This document shows, one piece after another, positions 30,076 through 39,351 of a stretch of 64,000 nucleotides of DNA; within the stretch, counting starts at the first letter, position 1; each line of letters begins with the position of its first letter. Origin of the DNA: Deltaproteobacteria bacterium (GTDB lineage: Bacteria > Myxococcota > Kuafuiibacteriia > Kuafuiibacteriales > Kuafuiibacteriaceae). The stretch is from assembly GCA_040218735.1 (NCBI GenBank), contig JAVJQW010000070.1, positions 96,001 through 160,000 of the forward strand. Direction: 5' to 3'. A program made the position numbers and the translations under genes. The notes beneath the pieces were generated by a model, which saw only the letters and a program-made list of their open reading frames with translations, was not told the DNA's origin and made no database searches.

Positions 30076-32004
30076 GTGGCGACCAAGAAGAAGAAGAAGA
30101 CGGGGCGCTACGGCGCCGACGAGATTCGGGTCCTCGAAGGGCTGGAGCCGGTGCGGCTGCGGCCCGGCATGTACATCGGCGGCACCGACACCCACGGGTA
30201 CCATCACCTGCTGCGCGAGATCCTCGACAACTCGATCGACGAGGTGATCAACGGGCACGCGAAGACGATCTCGGTGGTGCTCGACGAGGACTATCGGGGC
30301 GTGTCGATCGAGGACGACGGCCGCGGCATCCCGGTGGGGATGATGCGCAAGTTCAAGAAACCCGCGGTCGAGATCATCCTCACGACGCTGCACGCGGGCG
30401 CGAAGTTCGACGATAACTCCTACGACGTCTCCGGCGGTCTGCACGGCGTCGGTTCGTCGGTGGTGAACGCGCTGTCGGAGGAGATGACGGTCTGGGTCCA
30501 GCGGGACGGCTACGAGTACAACCAGCAGTACAAACGCGGGAAGGCGACGACGAAGCTGAAGAAGCTCTCGAAGACCCGCCGCCACGGGACGCGCATCCAC
30601 TTCCGGCCGGACCCGTCCGTGTTCAACATGGCGGCGCGGTTCGATCCGAAGCGCGTGCAGGAGCTGCTCGACAGCAAGGCGTACCTGCACCCGAGCGTTT
30701 CGATTCACTACCAGGACGCGCGCGCGAACGAGGAGACGACGTTCCATCACCCGGGTGGGTTGCGTGAGTTCCTGCCGATGGTGGTGGAGAGCTCGAAGAA
30801 GACGCCCTCACACCCGGAGCCGTTCAGCCTCGAGACGGAAGACTACCCGCGGACGCAGATGATCCTCGCGTGGACGGACGGCACGAACGAGACGATCCTC
30901 TCCTACGCGAACGGCGTGCGCACGTCGGACGGCGGGTCGCACGAAAACGGGCTCAAGCAGGCCGTCGTGAAGGCGGTCCGCGCGTACATGAGCGCGAAGA
31001 AGCGCGCGCCGAAGGGCATCACGATCTCCGCGGAGGACATCCGCGAGGGGTTGGTCGCGATCCTGTCGGTGTACATCAAGGAGCCGCAGTTCCAGGGGCA
31101 GACGAAGGGGCGTTTGAACAACCCGGAGGCGCAGGGGCTCATCGAGAACCTCGTGCGTCCGCGGCTCGAGCAGTGGTTGCTCGAGAACGGCTCGGTGGCG
31201 GACGCGATCTGCGATCGCGTGGAGCTGTCGGCGCGTGCGCGTCAGGCGTCGCGTGTGGCGGCCCAGCAGGTGCAGCGCAAGTCGGCGGTGTCGCACCGGC
31301 TGAACCTGCCCGGGAAGCTCGCGGACTGTTCGAGCACGAACCCGCGCGACTCGGAGCTGTTCATCGTCGAGGGTGACTCGGCCGGTGGCTCCGCGAAGAT
31401 GGGGCGCGACCGCAAGACGCAGGCGATCCTCGCGCTGCGCGGCAAGGTGCTCAACACGATGCAGGCGTCGCTGACGAAGGTGCTCGACAACAAGGAGATC
31501 GGAAACATCGTCTCCGCGTTGGGGTGTGGCATCGGTCCGAAGCTCGACCTGTCGAAGCTGCGCTACGACAAGGTGTTCCTGCTGACGGACGCGGACTCCG
31601 ACGGCAACCACATCGCGACGTTGCTGTTGACGTTCTTCATGAAACACATGACGGCGCTCGTGGAGGGCGGTCACGTGTACCTCGCGCAGCCGCCGCTGTA
31701 CCGCATCGACGCCGCGAAGGAGACGTACTGGGCGGTGGACGACGCGGAGCGCAAGCGCATCGAGAAGTCGCTGCCGAAGAACGTGAAGATCGAGATCAGC
31801 CGCTTCAAGGGCCTCGGCGAGATGGACGCGGACCAACTCAAGGAGACGACCCTCGACCCGAAGCGCCGCCGCGCGCTGCGCGTCATGCTCGACGAAGAGG
31901 GCCGCACGGTGATGCAGGCGTTGATGGGCAAGGATCCCGCGCCGCGATACCAGTTCATCATGGAGAACGCGGCGCTCACCGACGTCGAGGCGCTCGACGT
32001 GTGA
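30076..32004 (+). CDS. parE: Type IIA topoisomerase subunit B (topoisomerase IV ParE-like)
   Basis: EILDNSIDE, DDGRGIP, GGLHGVG, VEGDSAGGS, RGKVLN, TDADSDG, RFKGLGEM. Confidence 0.85.
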   Translation: MATKKKKKTGRYGADEIRVLEGLEPVRLRPGMYIGGTDTHGYHHLLREILDNSIDEVINGHAKTISVVLDEDYRGVSIEDDGRGIPVGMMRKFKKPAVEIILTTLHAGAKFDDNSYDVSGGLHGVGSSVVNALSEEMTVWVQRDGYEYNQQYKRGKATTKLKKLSKTRRHGTRIHFRPDPSVFNMAARFDPKRVQELLDSKAYLHPSVSIHYQDARANEETTFHHPGGLREFLPMVVESSKKTPSHPEPFSLETEDYPRTQMILAWTDGTNETILSYANGVRTSDGGSHENGLKQAVVKAVRAYMSAKKRAPKGITISAEDIREGLVAILSVYIKEPQFQGQTKGRLNNPEAQGLIENLVRPRLEQWLLENGSVADAICDRVELSARARQASRVAAQQVQRKSAVSHRLNLPGKLADCSSTNPRDSELFIVEGDSAGGSAKMGRDRKTQAILALRGKVLNTMQASLTKVLDNKEIGNIVSALGCGIGPKLDLSKLRYDKVFLLTDADSDGNHIATLLLTFFMKHMTALVEGGHVYLAQPPLYRIDAAKETYWAVDDAERKRIEKSLPKNVKIEISRFKGLGEMDADQLKETTLDPKRRRALRVMLDEEGRTVMQALMGKDPAPRYQFIMENAALTDVEALDV

Positions 32005-32066
32005 CGGATCTCGCGCGTCCCTCACTGAGACGTTCTATACGTATACGCTGGATGAAATGCCTCATT

Positions 32067-32099
32067 GCGCAACCTGTGCGTTTGACCGCACGGTTGCGC
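32067..32099. promoter_or_regulatory. Inverted repeat upstream of the TPR-Roadblock genes
   Basis: GCGCAACC(T)GTGCG-TTTGAC-CGCAC-GGTTGCGC; the palindrome TATACGTATA lies just upstream. Confidence 0.4.
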
Positions 32100-32108
32100 C
32101 ATAAGCGT

Positions 32109-32720
32109 ATGACAACCCAACTCGCCCCCCACGACACCGCGGACCTCCTGAACGAGGCCCAACAACTCCTGGAGCTCGGACTGGAGCGGTACGGCCGCAA
32201 CCAGCCCGAGCAGGCGATCGATTGCTGGGAGCGCGTGCTCTCGGTCGACCCCGGGAACCACGTCGCGCTCGACTACCTGCAGGCCGCCGGCTGGACCGGC
32301 TCCGACGACAGCATCACGACCACCACCAAGGCACGCGAGCCCATCGAGCGCGCGGCCCCGTCCAACTGGGGGGCTATGTTGGACGAGGCCATGACGCTTC
32401 CGGGCGCCGTCGCCGCCGCGCTCGTCGATTACCGGGACGGTGCGACGTTGGGGACGCGCGGCACGGAGTGCGGCCACGACGTCGCGCTGAGCGCGTCGAG
32501 GAACGCCAAGGTGGTTCGCGCCAAGCTCGAGGTCATGCGGGAGGTCGGCGCCGACGCCGCCGTCGAGGACATCGTGATGACGCTGGATGTCGAGCACCAC
32601 GTGATTCAGCTCCTCGAGGGGACGTCACTGTTCGTGTACCTGGTGCTCGACAAAGGCACCGGGAACCTCGGCATGGCGCGTCATCGTTTGGCGGCGATCC
32701 GATCGGCGTTCACCGCCTGA
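32109..32720 (+). CDS. TPR plus Roadblock/LC7 (MglB-like) domain protein
   Basis: AIDCWERVLSVDPGN TPR; GAVAAALVDY..VVRAKL..EDIVMTL..NLGMAR Roadblock-like domain; start ATG 32109. Confidence 0.8.
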   Translation: MTTQLAPHDTADLLNEAQQLLELGLERYGRNQPEQAIDCWERVLSVDPGNHVALDYLQAAGWTGSDDSITTTTKAREPIERAAPSNWGAMLDEAMTLPGAVAAALVDYRDGATLGTRGTECGHDVALSASRNAKVVRAKLEVMREVGADAAVEDIVMTLDVEHHVIQLLEGTSLFVYLVLDKGTGNLGMARHRLAAIRSAFTA

Positions 32721-32894
32721 CGGCCGCTGCAAGCCAGCTTGCGGGCGACGTGAAGCGCGGGCGCGTCCTCGGTTGACGCGCCGCGCCTCACTTTGCCCCC
32801 ACGCATCTCGACAAGACTTGCGATCAGGTCGGTCGGATGCGGCGATTACCGACTTGCGCGCGGTCGGTCGACGAAGACAAGGTACGCCTCCTCG

Positions 32895-33890
32895 ATGACG
32901 ATCCCCGACTTCCTGGCTCCGGACGAAGGAGCCCTCCAGCAGGAAGCGAACGAGCTCGTGGACCTCGGGCTCGAACGCTACGGCAGCAACCGCACGGAGC
33001 AAGCACTCGCCTGTTGGCAGCGTGCGCTAGAGATCGACCCGACCAACGTACGCGCCCTCGACTACTTGAGGAGCGCGGGTTGGACGGAACACCGACGCGT
33101 CTCATCGAGTGGCGCCGTCCACGAGTTGTGTCGTGACGTCGACCAGCTCGTCGCAGCGGGCGACGACGAAGCTGCGCTCGATCTCATCGAGGCCAGCCCG
33201 TTCGAGCCCGTGAATCACGGCGTCCTCGCGATGCGCACCGAGCAGCTCCAAGAGCGACTGCTGCATCACTACGCGAGCATCCTCGGACCCCTCGATGGAC
33301 GCGTCCGCTACGACACGCGTGCCTTGCCTGCGCTCGTCAGCGACGACGAGCGGATCATCGCAGCGCGAGCGACCGGAAAGGCATCGATGAGCGAGCTCAT
33401 CCACGCCAGCGGTCTCGCTGTTTTCAACGCATCTCGCGCACTCGCGCGGATGCTGAGCCGAGGCGCGATCACGCTCGTGACCGACGCCTCACCGACGACC
33501 TCGGTCACCCCCAAGAAAGGAAATGTTTTGCCCAACGTAAAAGAGAGCCTTCGTGATGCCATGAGTCTTGACGGTGCGATCGCCGTCGCGCTCGTCGACT
33601 ACGACAGTGGAATGACGCTCGGAACCGAGGGGGATGCGCACCTCTTCAACATCGACGTGGCGGCCGCCGGAAACACCCAGGTCGTCCGCGCCAAGCTGGA
33701 CGTGATGCGTCAGCTCAACATCGGCGGCGGCATCGAGGACATCCTCATCACCCTCGACGGGCAGTACCACCTCATCCGGCTGCTGCAGGGGACGTCGCTG
33801 TTCCTCTACGTCGCGCTCGATCGCGCCCGTGGGAACCTCGGCATGGCCCGTCACCGCCTGAAGGCGATTCAAGGGGCGCTCGTGATCTGA
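32895..33890 (+). CDS. TPR plus winged-helix-like plus Roadblock/LC7 domain protein (paralogue of the upstream gene)
   Basis: ALACWQRALEIDPTN; SELIHASGL..RALARMLSRGAI; GAIAVALVDYDSGM..AAAGNTQVVRAK..IEDILITLDGQYHLIR..NLGMAR. Confidence 0.82.
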   Translation: MTIPDFLAPDEGALQQEANELVDLGLERYGSNRTEQALACWQRALEIDPTNVRALDYLRSAGWTEHRRVSSSGAVHELCRDVDQLVAAGDDEAALDLIEASPFEPVNHGVLAMRTEQLQERLLHHYASILGPLDGRVRYDTRALPALVSDDERIIAARATGKASMSELIHASGLAVFNASRALARMLSRGAITLVTDASPTTSVTPKKGNVLPNVKESLRDAMSLDGAIAVALVDYDSGMTLGTEGDAHLFNIDVAAAGNTQVVRAKLDVMRQLNIGGGIEDILITLDGQYHLIRLLQGTSLFLYVALDRARGNLGMARHRLKAIQGALVI

Positions 33891-33894
33891 GCCG

Positions 33895-33908
33895 AGGGCC
33901 GCGGCCCT
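33895..33908. terminator. Palindrome between convergent genes
   Basis: AGGGCCGCGGCCCT, perfect 14-bp palindrome. Confidence 0.35.
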
Positions 33909-33927
33909 TCGACGACGTCGCGCCGCC

Positions 33928-35496
33928 TCAGTTGCTTCGACAGAGCTGCGGTCGCGACGTCGGCGCGGTCGCGTTCTCGACGACCATCACCGATTCACTC
34001 GCGAGGTCCCACGTCAGCGTGAGGCCGTTCCAGAGGTCGCCGGGGACCAGGCGCTGGCCCGCGTCGGTCGGGTACGTCGCGATGACCTCGCCGCGGACGA
34101 GGACTTCGAGCGTGGCGTGCACGTTCACGCCGACGTTTCGGCTGTCGCAGTAGTGCGCGTAGACCTCGTACGCACCGCCGGCTTCGGGGGCGTCGAGGCT
34201 GATGATCTCCGGGCCCTCGCCGCTGACGACGTCGCGGTCGAGGCTCGGGTCGTCGAACGGGCTCATCGGGTCGTTCCAGTTCGGCGACCGGTTGAACGAC
34301 GAGCAGTCGCTGCCGGTGGAGGTGCCGACCTGGCCGCTCCCGTAGTCGCCGACGCTCCCGCCGGGTCTGACGAGGTGCAGATCGACGTCGGTGCCGACGT
34401 CCCAGACCAGCCGGACCTCCAGGTCCTTGGGGCGCACGACGATGTGGGACTCGGGGCGGTCGAGGCTGTCGAGGCCGCGCTCGTCGCGGACGATCAGGCG
34501 GTACTCGTAGCGCCCGACGCGATCGACCTGCAGGTCCCCGGTCGCGCCACGGCGGTCTTGGCGATCCTCACTGGACTGGAACAGCCCCGCGGCGCCGTCC
34601 GGCTTCTCGATGAGCTCCCAGCGGTAGCTGTCGATGCGCCCGCCTTCGGGATCGGTGCTCTCGCGGCCGTCGAAGTTGAGCGCGCGGCGCACGCCGGCGG
34701 AGGCGTCGCGGAACGTCGGGGCGTTCTCGCAGCCGGGCGTGCCGGGGGTGCGCTCGCAGGCCCAAGCGATCGCGCGCGGCGCGAGGTTCGCGGTGCCGAC
34801 GACCTCGACCTCCGTGGTCGGCTCGTCCTCGTCGTCGCTGGAGATCGTGACGAGCGCGGAGTCGCTGCCCAGGTCGACGGGGCTGTAGCGGACCTCGACG
34901 ATCGTCGACGTGAGCGCTTCGATCGTCCCGCCTGTGAACGTGCCGGCGACGAGCGCGAGATCCGTCGAGGTCGAGGTGAACGTGACGCGGGTGATCGTGA
35001 GGATGTCCTTGCCGACGTTCTTGATCTCGATGGCGCGTACCGGCGCAGTGCCCTCGTTCACGACGCCGAAGTCGACGCGCATCGGAAGCACTTCGATCTC
35101 GCGAACACCGCCGACGCCGTCGAGTGGAACCTCGAGCGCGGGGGTCACGGGATCGTTTGAATGGATCGTCATCGTGCCTTCGTAGATCTCGTGCGGTGCG
35201 CGCGGGTGGAAGACGGCGAGCATCGTCTGCTCGTCGACGATCGGCTGCACGACTTCGGGTACGTCCTGAGCACCGAACACGCCGCTGTCCGGCGTGAACG
35301 TGACGCGATCGATCTCGAGGACACCTTCCCCACCGTTGGTGATCGTGAGCTCGACGAAGTTGTCGCGGTTCACGATCCCGTCACCGAAGTCGACGGCGTT
35401 CGGTTCGACGACGATCTTCGGTTGGAGACGCACGAGCGGATCGTCGCTGCACGCGAACGTGTTGAGGGCGACGGCGATGAGGATGGCGCGACGCAC
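33928..35496 (-). CDS. Lipoprotein with two ASH/choice-of-anchor-D Ig-like domains, a PKD-like domain and a YfaP-like C-terminal domain
   Basis: Lipobox TFAC; VDFG..I.N.G...L.I..SND/SDD repeats; DGRESTDPEG..YRW; LVWDVGTDVDLHL..GPEII. Confidence 0.82.
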   Translation of the reverse strand: MRRAILIAVALNTFACSDDPLVRLQPKIVVEPNAVDFGDGIVNRDNFVELTITNGGEGVLEIDRVTFTPDSGVFGAQDVPEVVQPIVDEQTMLAVFHPRAPHEIYEGTMTIHSNDPVTPALEVPLDGVGGVREIEVLPMRVDFGVVNEGTAPVRAIEIKNVGKDILTITRVTFTSTSTDLALVAGTFTGGTIEALTSTIVEVRYSPVDLGSDSALVTISSDDEDEPTTEVEVVGTANLAPRAIAWACERTPGTPGCENAPTFRDASAGVRRALNFDGRESTDPEGGRIDSYRWELIEKPDGAAGLFQSSEDRQDRRGATGDLQVDRVGRYEYRLIVRDERGLDSLDRPESHIVVRPKDLEVRLVWDVGTDVDLHLVRPGGSVGDYGSGQVGTSTGSDCSSFNRSPNWNDPMSPFDDPSLDRDVVSGEGPEIISLDAPEAGGAYEVYAHYCDSRNVGVNVHATLEVLVRGEVIATYPTDAGQRLVPGDLWNGLTLTWDLASESVMVVENATAPTSRPQLCRSN

Positions 35497-35626
35497 GTGT
35501 GTTCGTTCCTACCGCGGATCGGGGTCGCTCGGATCCTAAGATGTAAGACGACAGGCGTGACCGGCGTGCTCGAACGCATGCAAAAGGCGACTTTTCGTTG
35601 CGCGGAACCACCCCGGGGGCGCGTTC

Positions 35627-35655
35627 TTGACAGCATCTCCTATCGGCTACATGAT
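35627..35655 (+). promoter_or_regulatory. Sigma70-type promoter for the TIGR04563-type pair
   Basis: TTGACA-N17-CATGAT. Confidence 0.6.
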
Positions 35656-35728
35656 GCCGCCCACACCGCTGGAAATGGCCGTTTCTAGGCCGTCAGCGCA
35701 TTAGAATCACGGGTTGGGTGAGGAGCGA

Positions 35729-35923
35729 ATGGCGAACACGGACAAGAGGAAGCAGTCTCTCTATTTCCCCGAGGAGATGCTCAAAGAGATTCAAGACGAG
35801 GCGAACCGGCAGGATCGGTCCCTTTCGTGGATCGTGCAGCAGGCCTGGCGCATCGCTCGGACAGAGATCATGCGCTTCCCCTCGGTCAACGACGTCCTCG
35901 AATCTTCGGGCCGCGACGAGTAG
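35729..35923 (+). CDS. TIGR04563 (MXAN_4361/4362) family small ribbon-helix-helix-like protein
   Basis: RKQSLYFPEEMLKEIQDEANRQDRSLSWIVQQAW; AGGAG RBS. Confidence 0.9.
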   Translation: MANTDKRKQSLYFPEEMLKEIQDEANRQDRSLSWIVQQAWRIARTEIMRFPSVNDVLESSGRDE

Positions 35924-36001
35924 GCGACGACGTTGGTGTGCCGCCCCCCGGGGCGGTCACGATGTCGCAGTCGACTCGATGTCTCGAAGCGAGGAGCGAA
36001 G

Positions 36002-36196
36002 ATGAGCGGTGGCGTAAAGCAGAGCCTCTACTTCCCCCAGGAAATGCTGGACGAAATGCAGAAGGAAGCGAAACGGCAAGACCGCTCGCTTTCCTGGATC
36101 GTCCAGCAGGCGTGGCGCGTGGCGCGGTCGGACCTTCGTAGGATTCCGTCCGCCAACGACGTCATCTCGATGCCGCGTAACGGCCAAGAGAAATAG
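36002..36196 (+). CDS. TIGR04563 family small protein, second tandem copy
   Basis: KQSLYFPQEMLDEMQKEAKRQDRSLSWIVQQAW; same GAGGAGCGAA RBS context as the first copy. Confidence 0.88.
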   Translation: MSGGVKQSLYFPQEMLDEMQKEAKRQDRSLSWIVQQAWRVARSDLRRIPSANDVISMPRNGQEK

Positions 36197-36251
36197 ACGC
36201 GTACGCCCGTTCGCCCTCCCCGGGCGCGGGCGCACACTTTCATTTCGTTAC

Positions 36252-36285
36252 GAAAGCGCGCCCCAGCGAACGCCGGGGCGCTTTC
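36252..36285. terminator. Hairpin terminator between convergent genes
   Basis: GAAAGCGC(G)CCCCAGCG-AA-CGCCGGGGCGCTTTC. Confidence 0.55.
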
Positions 36286-36297
36286 AGCGGTCCGAAG

Positions 36298-37128
36298 TCA
36301 TTCGGGCGAGTCGGTCGAGAACTCGATCTTTCCGCTGATGTCGATCGGAAGCTGAAGCGAAGCCACGGCGACGTTTCCGCCGACGGTGTACTCGATCTCC
36401 CCGGAGGCGAGGATCTCCTTGATGTTCGGGAAGGCCTTCTCGTCCATCACGATGCTGACCGCGAACTCCTGCGCGGCGCCTTGGACCAGGCGTGCGCCGA
36501 TCGCGCCCTGCTCCGACTTCGTCTCCTTGCCGTTGATCGCGACCTGGTACTCGAGGCTGTCGATCGTCACGGTGAAGACGTTTTCGTTGATGAGCCGGAG
36601 GTACAGCGTGACGTCGAGGCCGTCCTTGCCGTAGCGCGCGGCCTGCGCGTCGTGCAGCACGAACTTCGGAAGTGACGGTGTCGCGACGGCGCCCTTCTTC
36701 TCGAACGTCGCGCTCGTGCCGTCGTCGAACTGCACGTTGCCGCTGACGGTGAGGAGGATCTGCCCTTCGTCGAGGACGGCGCGGTAGCGCTCCTTGTCCT
36801 CCGGGAACGGGATCTTCTGCGAGAACTCGACCTCGGTGATCTGCTGCGACTCGAGGACCGTGCCGCCCGCGACCTGCCCGTTGAGCACGCCGCCGATGTC
36901 ACCCGTGTCGACCTTGTAGTCGATCTGCGTGATGGACACCGACGCCCCGCGCGGATTCGCGAGCTGGAGCTTCACGCCGATCTTGGAGGCGTCCAGGCTG
37001 TCCGCCTGCGGGAGGATGCGATCCACGCGCACCGCGACGTCCTCCACCGTCTCGACCTGCTTGGGCTGGCTCGCGCACCCGAGCGCCATCACGATCCCCG
37101 CCGTCATCGACCACCGCATTGTGTTCAT
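36298..37128 (-). CDS. LEA_2/WHy-domain lipoprotein (two domains)
   Basis: Lipobox ALGC; L.NP....I..IDY and INEN.F.VTIDSLEYQVAING repeats. Confidence 0.8.
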   Translation of the reverse strand: MNTMRWSMTAGIVMALGCASQPKQVETVEDVAVRVDRILPQADSLDASKIGVKLQLANPRGASVSITQIDYKVDTGDIGGVLNGQVAGGTVLESQQITEVEFSQKIPFPEDKERYRAVLDEGQILLTVSGNVQFDDGTSATFEKKGAVATPSLPKFVLHDAQAARYGKDGLDVTLYLRLINENVFTVTIDSLEYQVAINGKETKSEQGAIGARLVQGAAQEFAVSIVMDEKAFPNIKEILASGEIEYTVGGNVAVASLQLPIDISGKIEFSTDSPE

Positions 37129-37154
37129 CGTCCCCCTGCCTCTCTCGTGACTGT

Positions 37155-37967
37155 TCAGAACGGGCACAGCATGTCGCTGCACGCGACGTCGCTGTCGCAG
37201 GTCCCGTCCGTTGCGCACGTCTTCCACGCGCAGATGTTGTAGCGATCCCCGGAAAAGTCGGTGAATCCGACGATCCCGCGGCCCGGCACCAGCTGGTAGC
37301 GGGCCTCGTCCGTCTCGGCGCCGATCGTGCGCCGGTAGAGCAGCTCGACGGCCTCCATGTCGCCGTCGGGCGTCGGCACGGTCTTGAGCTCCTCGAAGAC
37401 CTGCCAGACGTGTCGCTCGAGCATCCCCGGCTCACACGACTCGCCGTTGTTGATCATCTGACCGCACAGCTCCGGCGTGGTCTCGATGTCGAACTTCGCG
37501 CCCGGCTCGAGGATGACCTCGCCCGCGCGATCGTAGGCGAGGCCCAGGAAGATCGGCGCGGTGACGTCCTCGTAGCGGCTCGTGATCTCCTCGCGGCCGG
37601 CCCCGGTCGACGAGCGCAGCAGGCGAACCTCGCCTTCGGCGTCCGTCTTGAACTGCCGAGAGAACGGGCGCTCGGCGCTCTGCAGGATGAGGCGCTGGTC
37701 GAAGACCGTCTCCCCTGCGATCGAGATCTCGTTGGGCCCAGTGATTTCGATCCGGCCGGAGATGTTGCGCGCCGGGATGTCGTACGAGGTGCAGCTGCCG
37801 GGGTTGAGCCCGTAGAAGGTCCGCACCTCGTCCGACGTGGGTTTGTCGATCTCGATGGGCCCTCCGCCCGAGCAGGCGGACGCGAGGACCGCGCCGGCGA
37901 AGAGGTACGAGGTCGCGAAGACGCGACGGAGCCCGTGTACGGCCATGATGCGGCGCACTCTAGCCAT
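37155..37967 (-). CDS. Hypothetical lipoprotein
   Basis: Lipobox ASAC; beta-rich with YQLVPGRGIV; Cys-rich tail. Confidence 0.7.
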   Translation of the reverse strand: MARVRRIMAVHGLRRVFATSYLFAGAVLASACSGGGPIEIDKPTSDEVRTFYGLNPGSCTSYDIPARNISGRIEITGPNEISIAGETVFDQRLILQSAERPFSRQFKTDAEGEVRLLRSSTGAGREEITSRYEDVTAPIFLGLAYDRAGEVILEPGAKFDIETTPELCGQMINNGESCEPGMLERHVWQVFEELKTVPTPDGDMEAVELLYRRTIGAETDEARYQLVPGRGIVGFTDFSGDRYNICAWKTCATDGTCDSDVACSDMLCPF

Positions 37968-38012
37968 TGGCGTCAAATGAAGTAAACAGAACGTTCCGGC
38001 CCGCGAAGGCCG

Positions 38013-38041
38013 TTGACGCGCGCGGCACCCCCGTCTACCAC
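38013..38041 (+). promoter_or_regulatory. Sigma70-type promoter
   Basis: TTGACG-N17-TACCAC, 15 nt upstream of ATG 38057. Confidence 0.55.
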
Positions 38042-38056
38042 CGCAAAGAGCCGCTC

Positions 38057-38890
38057 ATGACGGACGACGACCACGACCGCATTCGCCGGCAGCTGGAGAG
38101 CGACCAGTTCAACGCGCGGGGCATCGAGGCGGCCGACCGCAAGTGGTACGACGAGGCCGTCCGCGCGTTCAAACGCGCCATCGAGCTGGACCCGGATTCG
38201 GCCCACGCCCACGACAACCTCGCGACGGTCTACAGCGAACAGGGCCAGTACCTGCTCGCGCTCGGCGAGTACCTCGAGGCGATCCGCCTGGAGCCCAAGA
38301 GCCCCACGGCGCACTACAACATCGCGTGTTTTCTCTCGTCGCAGGCCCACGAGATGGCGATCGAGGAGTACCAGGAGGCGATCCGCCTCGAGTACGACTA
38401 CCCGGACGCCCACGTGAACCTCGGCCTCTGCTACGTCGACGCCGGCGAGCACGAGAAGGCGATCGCCGAGTTCCGCATCGCGTGTGACCTCGACCCGAGC
38501 GACCTCGGCGCCAAACAGGAGCTCGCGGCCTCCCTGATCGACGTCGGCGAGTACGCCGAAGCGATCCGCCACCTCAAGGACGTCGTGAAGCTCGAGCCCG
38601 ACAACCTCGACGCCTCCATCGATCTGGGCATCGCGTACTCCGCCCAAGGCTTCTACGAGGAGGCCGAGCGCGCCTTCGTCTTGGCCAAGACCGCCGAACC
38701 CGACGAGGTCCTCGCCCCGTACCACCTCGCCGCCCTGTACGCGGTCTGGGGGAAGCGCGACGAAGCCCTGGAGCAGCTGGAGCGCGCGCTGACGCTGGAG
38801 CCGGATCGCGTGCGCGCCTGGGTGGAGACGGATCGGATGTTCGACGGGATGAAGGCGGACGCGGGGTTCGTGGAGATGATCTCCGGCTGA
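38057..38890 (+). CDS. Tetratricopeptide repeat protein
   Basis: About seven canonical TPRs (AHDNLA, AHYNIA, AHVNLG, DLGIAY). Confidence 0.92.
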   Translation: MTDDDHDRIRRQLESDQFNARGIEAADRKWYDEAVRAFKRAIELDPDSAHAHDNLATVYSEQGQYLLALGEYLEAIRLEPKSPTAHYNIACFLSSQAHEMAIEEYQEAIRLEYDYPDAHVNLGLCYVDAGEHEKAIAEFRIACDLDPSDLGAKQELAASLIDVGEYAEAIRHLKDVVKLEPDNLDASIDLGIAYSAQGFYEEAERAFVLAKTAEPDEVLAPYHLAALYAVWGKRDEALEQLERALTLEPDRVRAWVETDRMFDGMKADAGFVEMISG

Positions 38891-38900
38891 GCCCTGCTCG

Positions 38901-39318
38901 CCCCAGCCCCAGCCCCAGCCCCAGCCCTCGCCCTGGTGCGGGTCCGAATCCGTGGCCGAGTCCGAATCCGTCGCCGAGTCCGAATCCGTCGCCGAGGCCG
39001 AATCCGAGTCCGATTCCGTCGCCGAGTCCGATTCCGTCGCCGAGTCCGATTCCGTCGCCGAGTCCGAATCCGTCGCCGAGTCGGATCCGGACGAGGCAAC
39101 GGAGTCGGATCCGGAATCGGACGCTGACTCGGAATCGGCGCCGGAATCGGACGCTGACTCGGACTCGGATCCGGACTCGGAATCGGATCCGGACTCGGAA
39201 TCGGACCCGGACTCGGAATCGGAATCGGACTCGGATCCGGACTCGGAATCGGACTCGGATCCGGAATCGGAATCGGAATCGGAATCGGACTCGGATCCGG
39301 ACTCGGACTCGGACTCGG
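38901..39318. repeat. Low-complexity tandem array: (CCCCAG)n, then 18-mer TCCGAWTCCGTCGCCGAG units, then YCGGAH hexamers
   Basis: Directly visible; hexamers of the left and right parts are reverse-complementary. Confidence 0.95.
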
Positions 39319-39351
39319 CCCCTCCGCCGTCACCCCCCGTCGCCCTCGCCG

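Noticed and set aside
27744-32004. Annotation as DNA gyrase gyrA/gyrB
   Set aside because: No canonical GyrA box and a short CTD favour topoisomerase IV; not proven without a phylogeny
38943-39318. Possible CRISPR array
   Set aside because: Short tandem units without unique spacers; no cas genes
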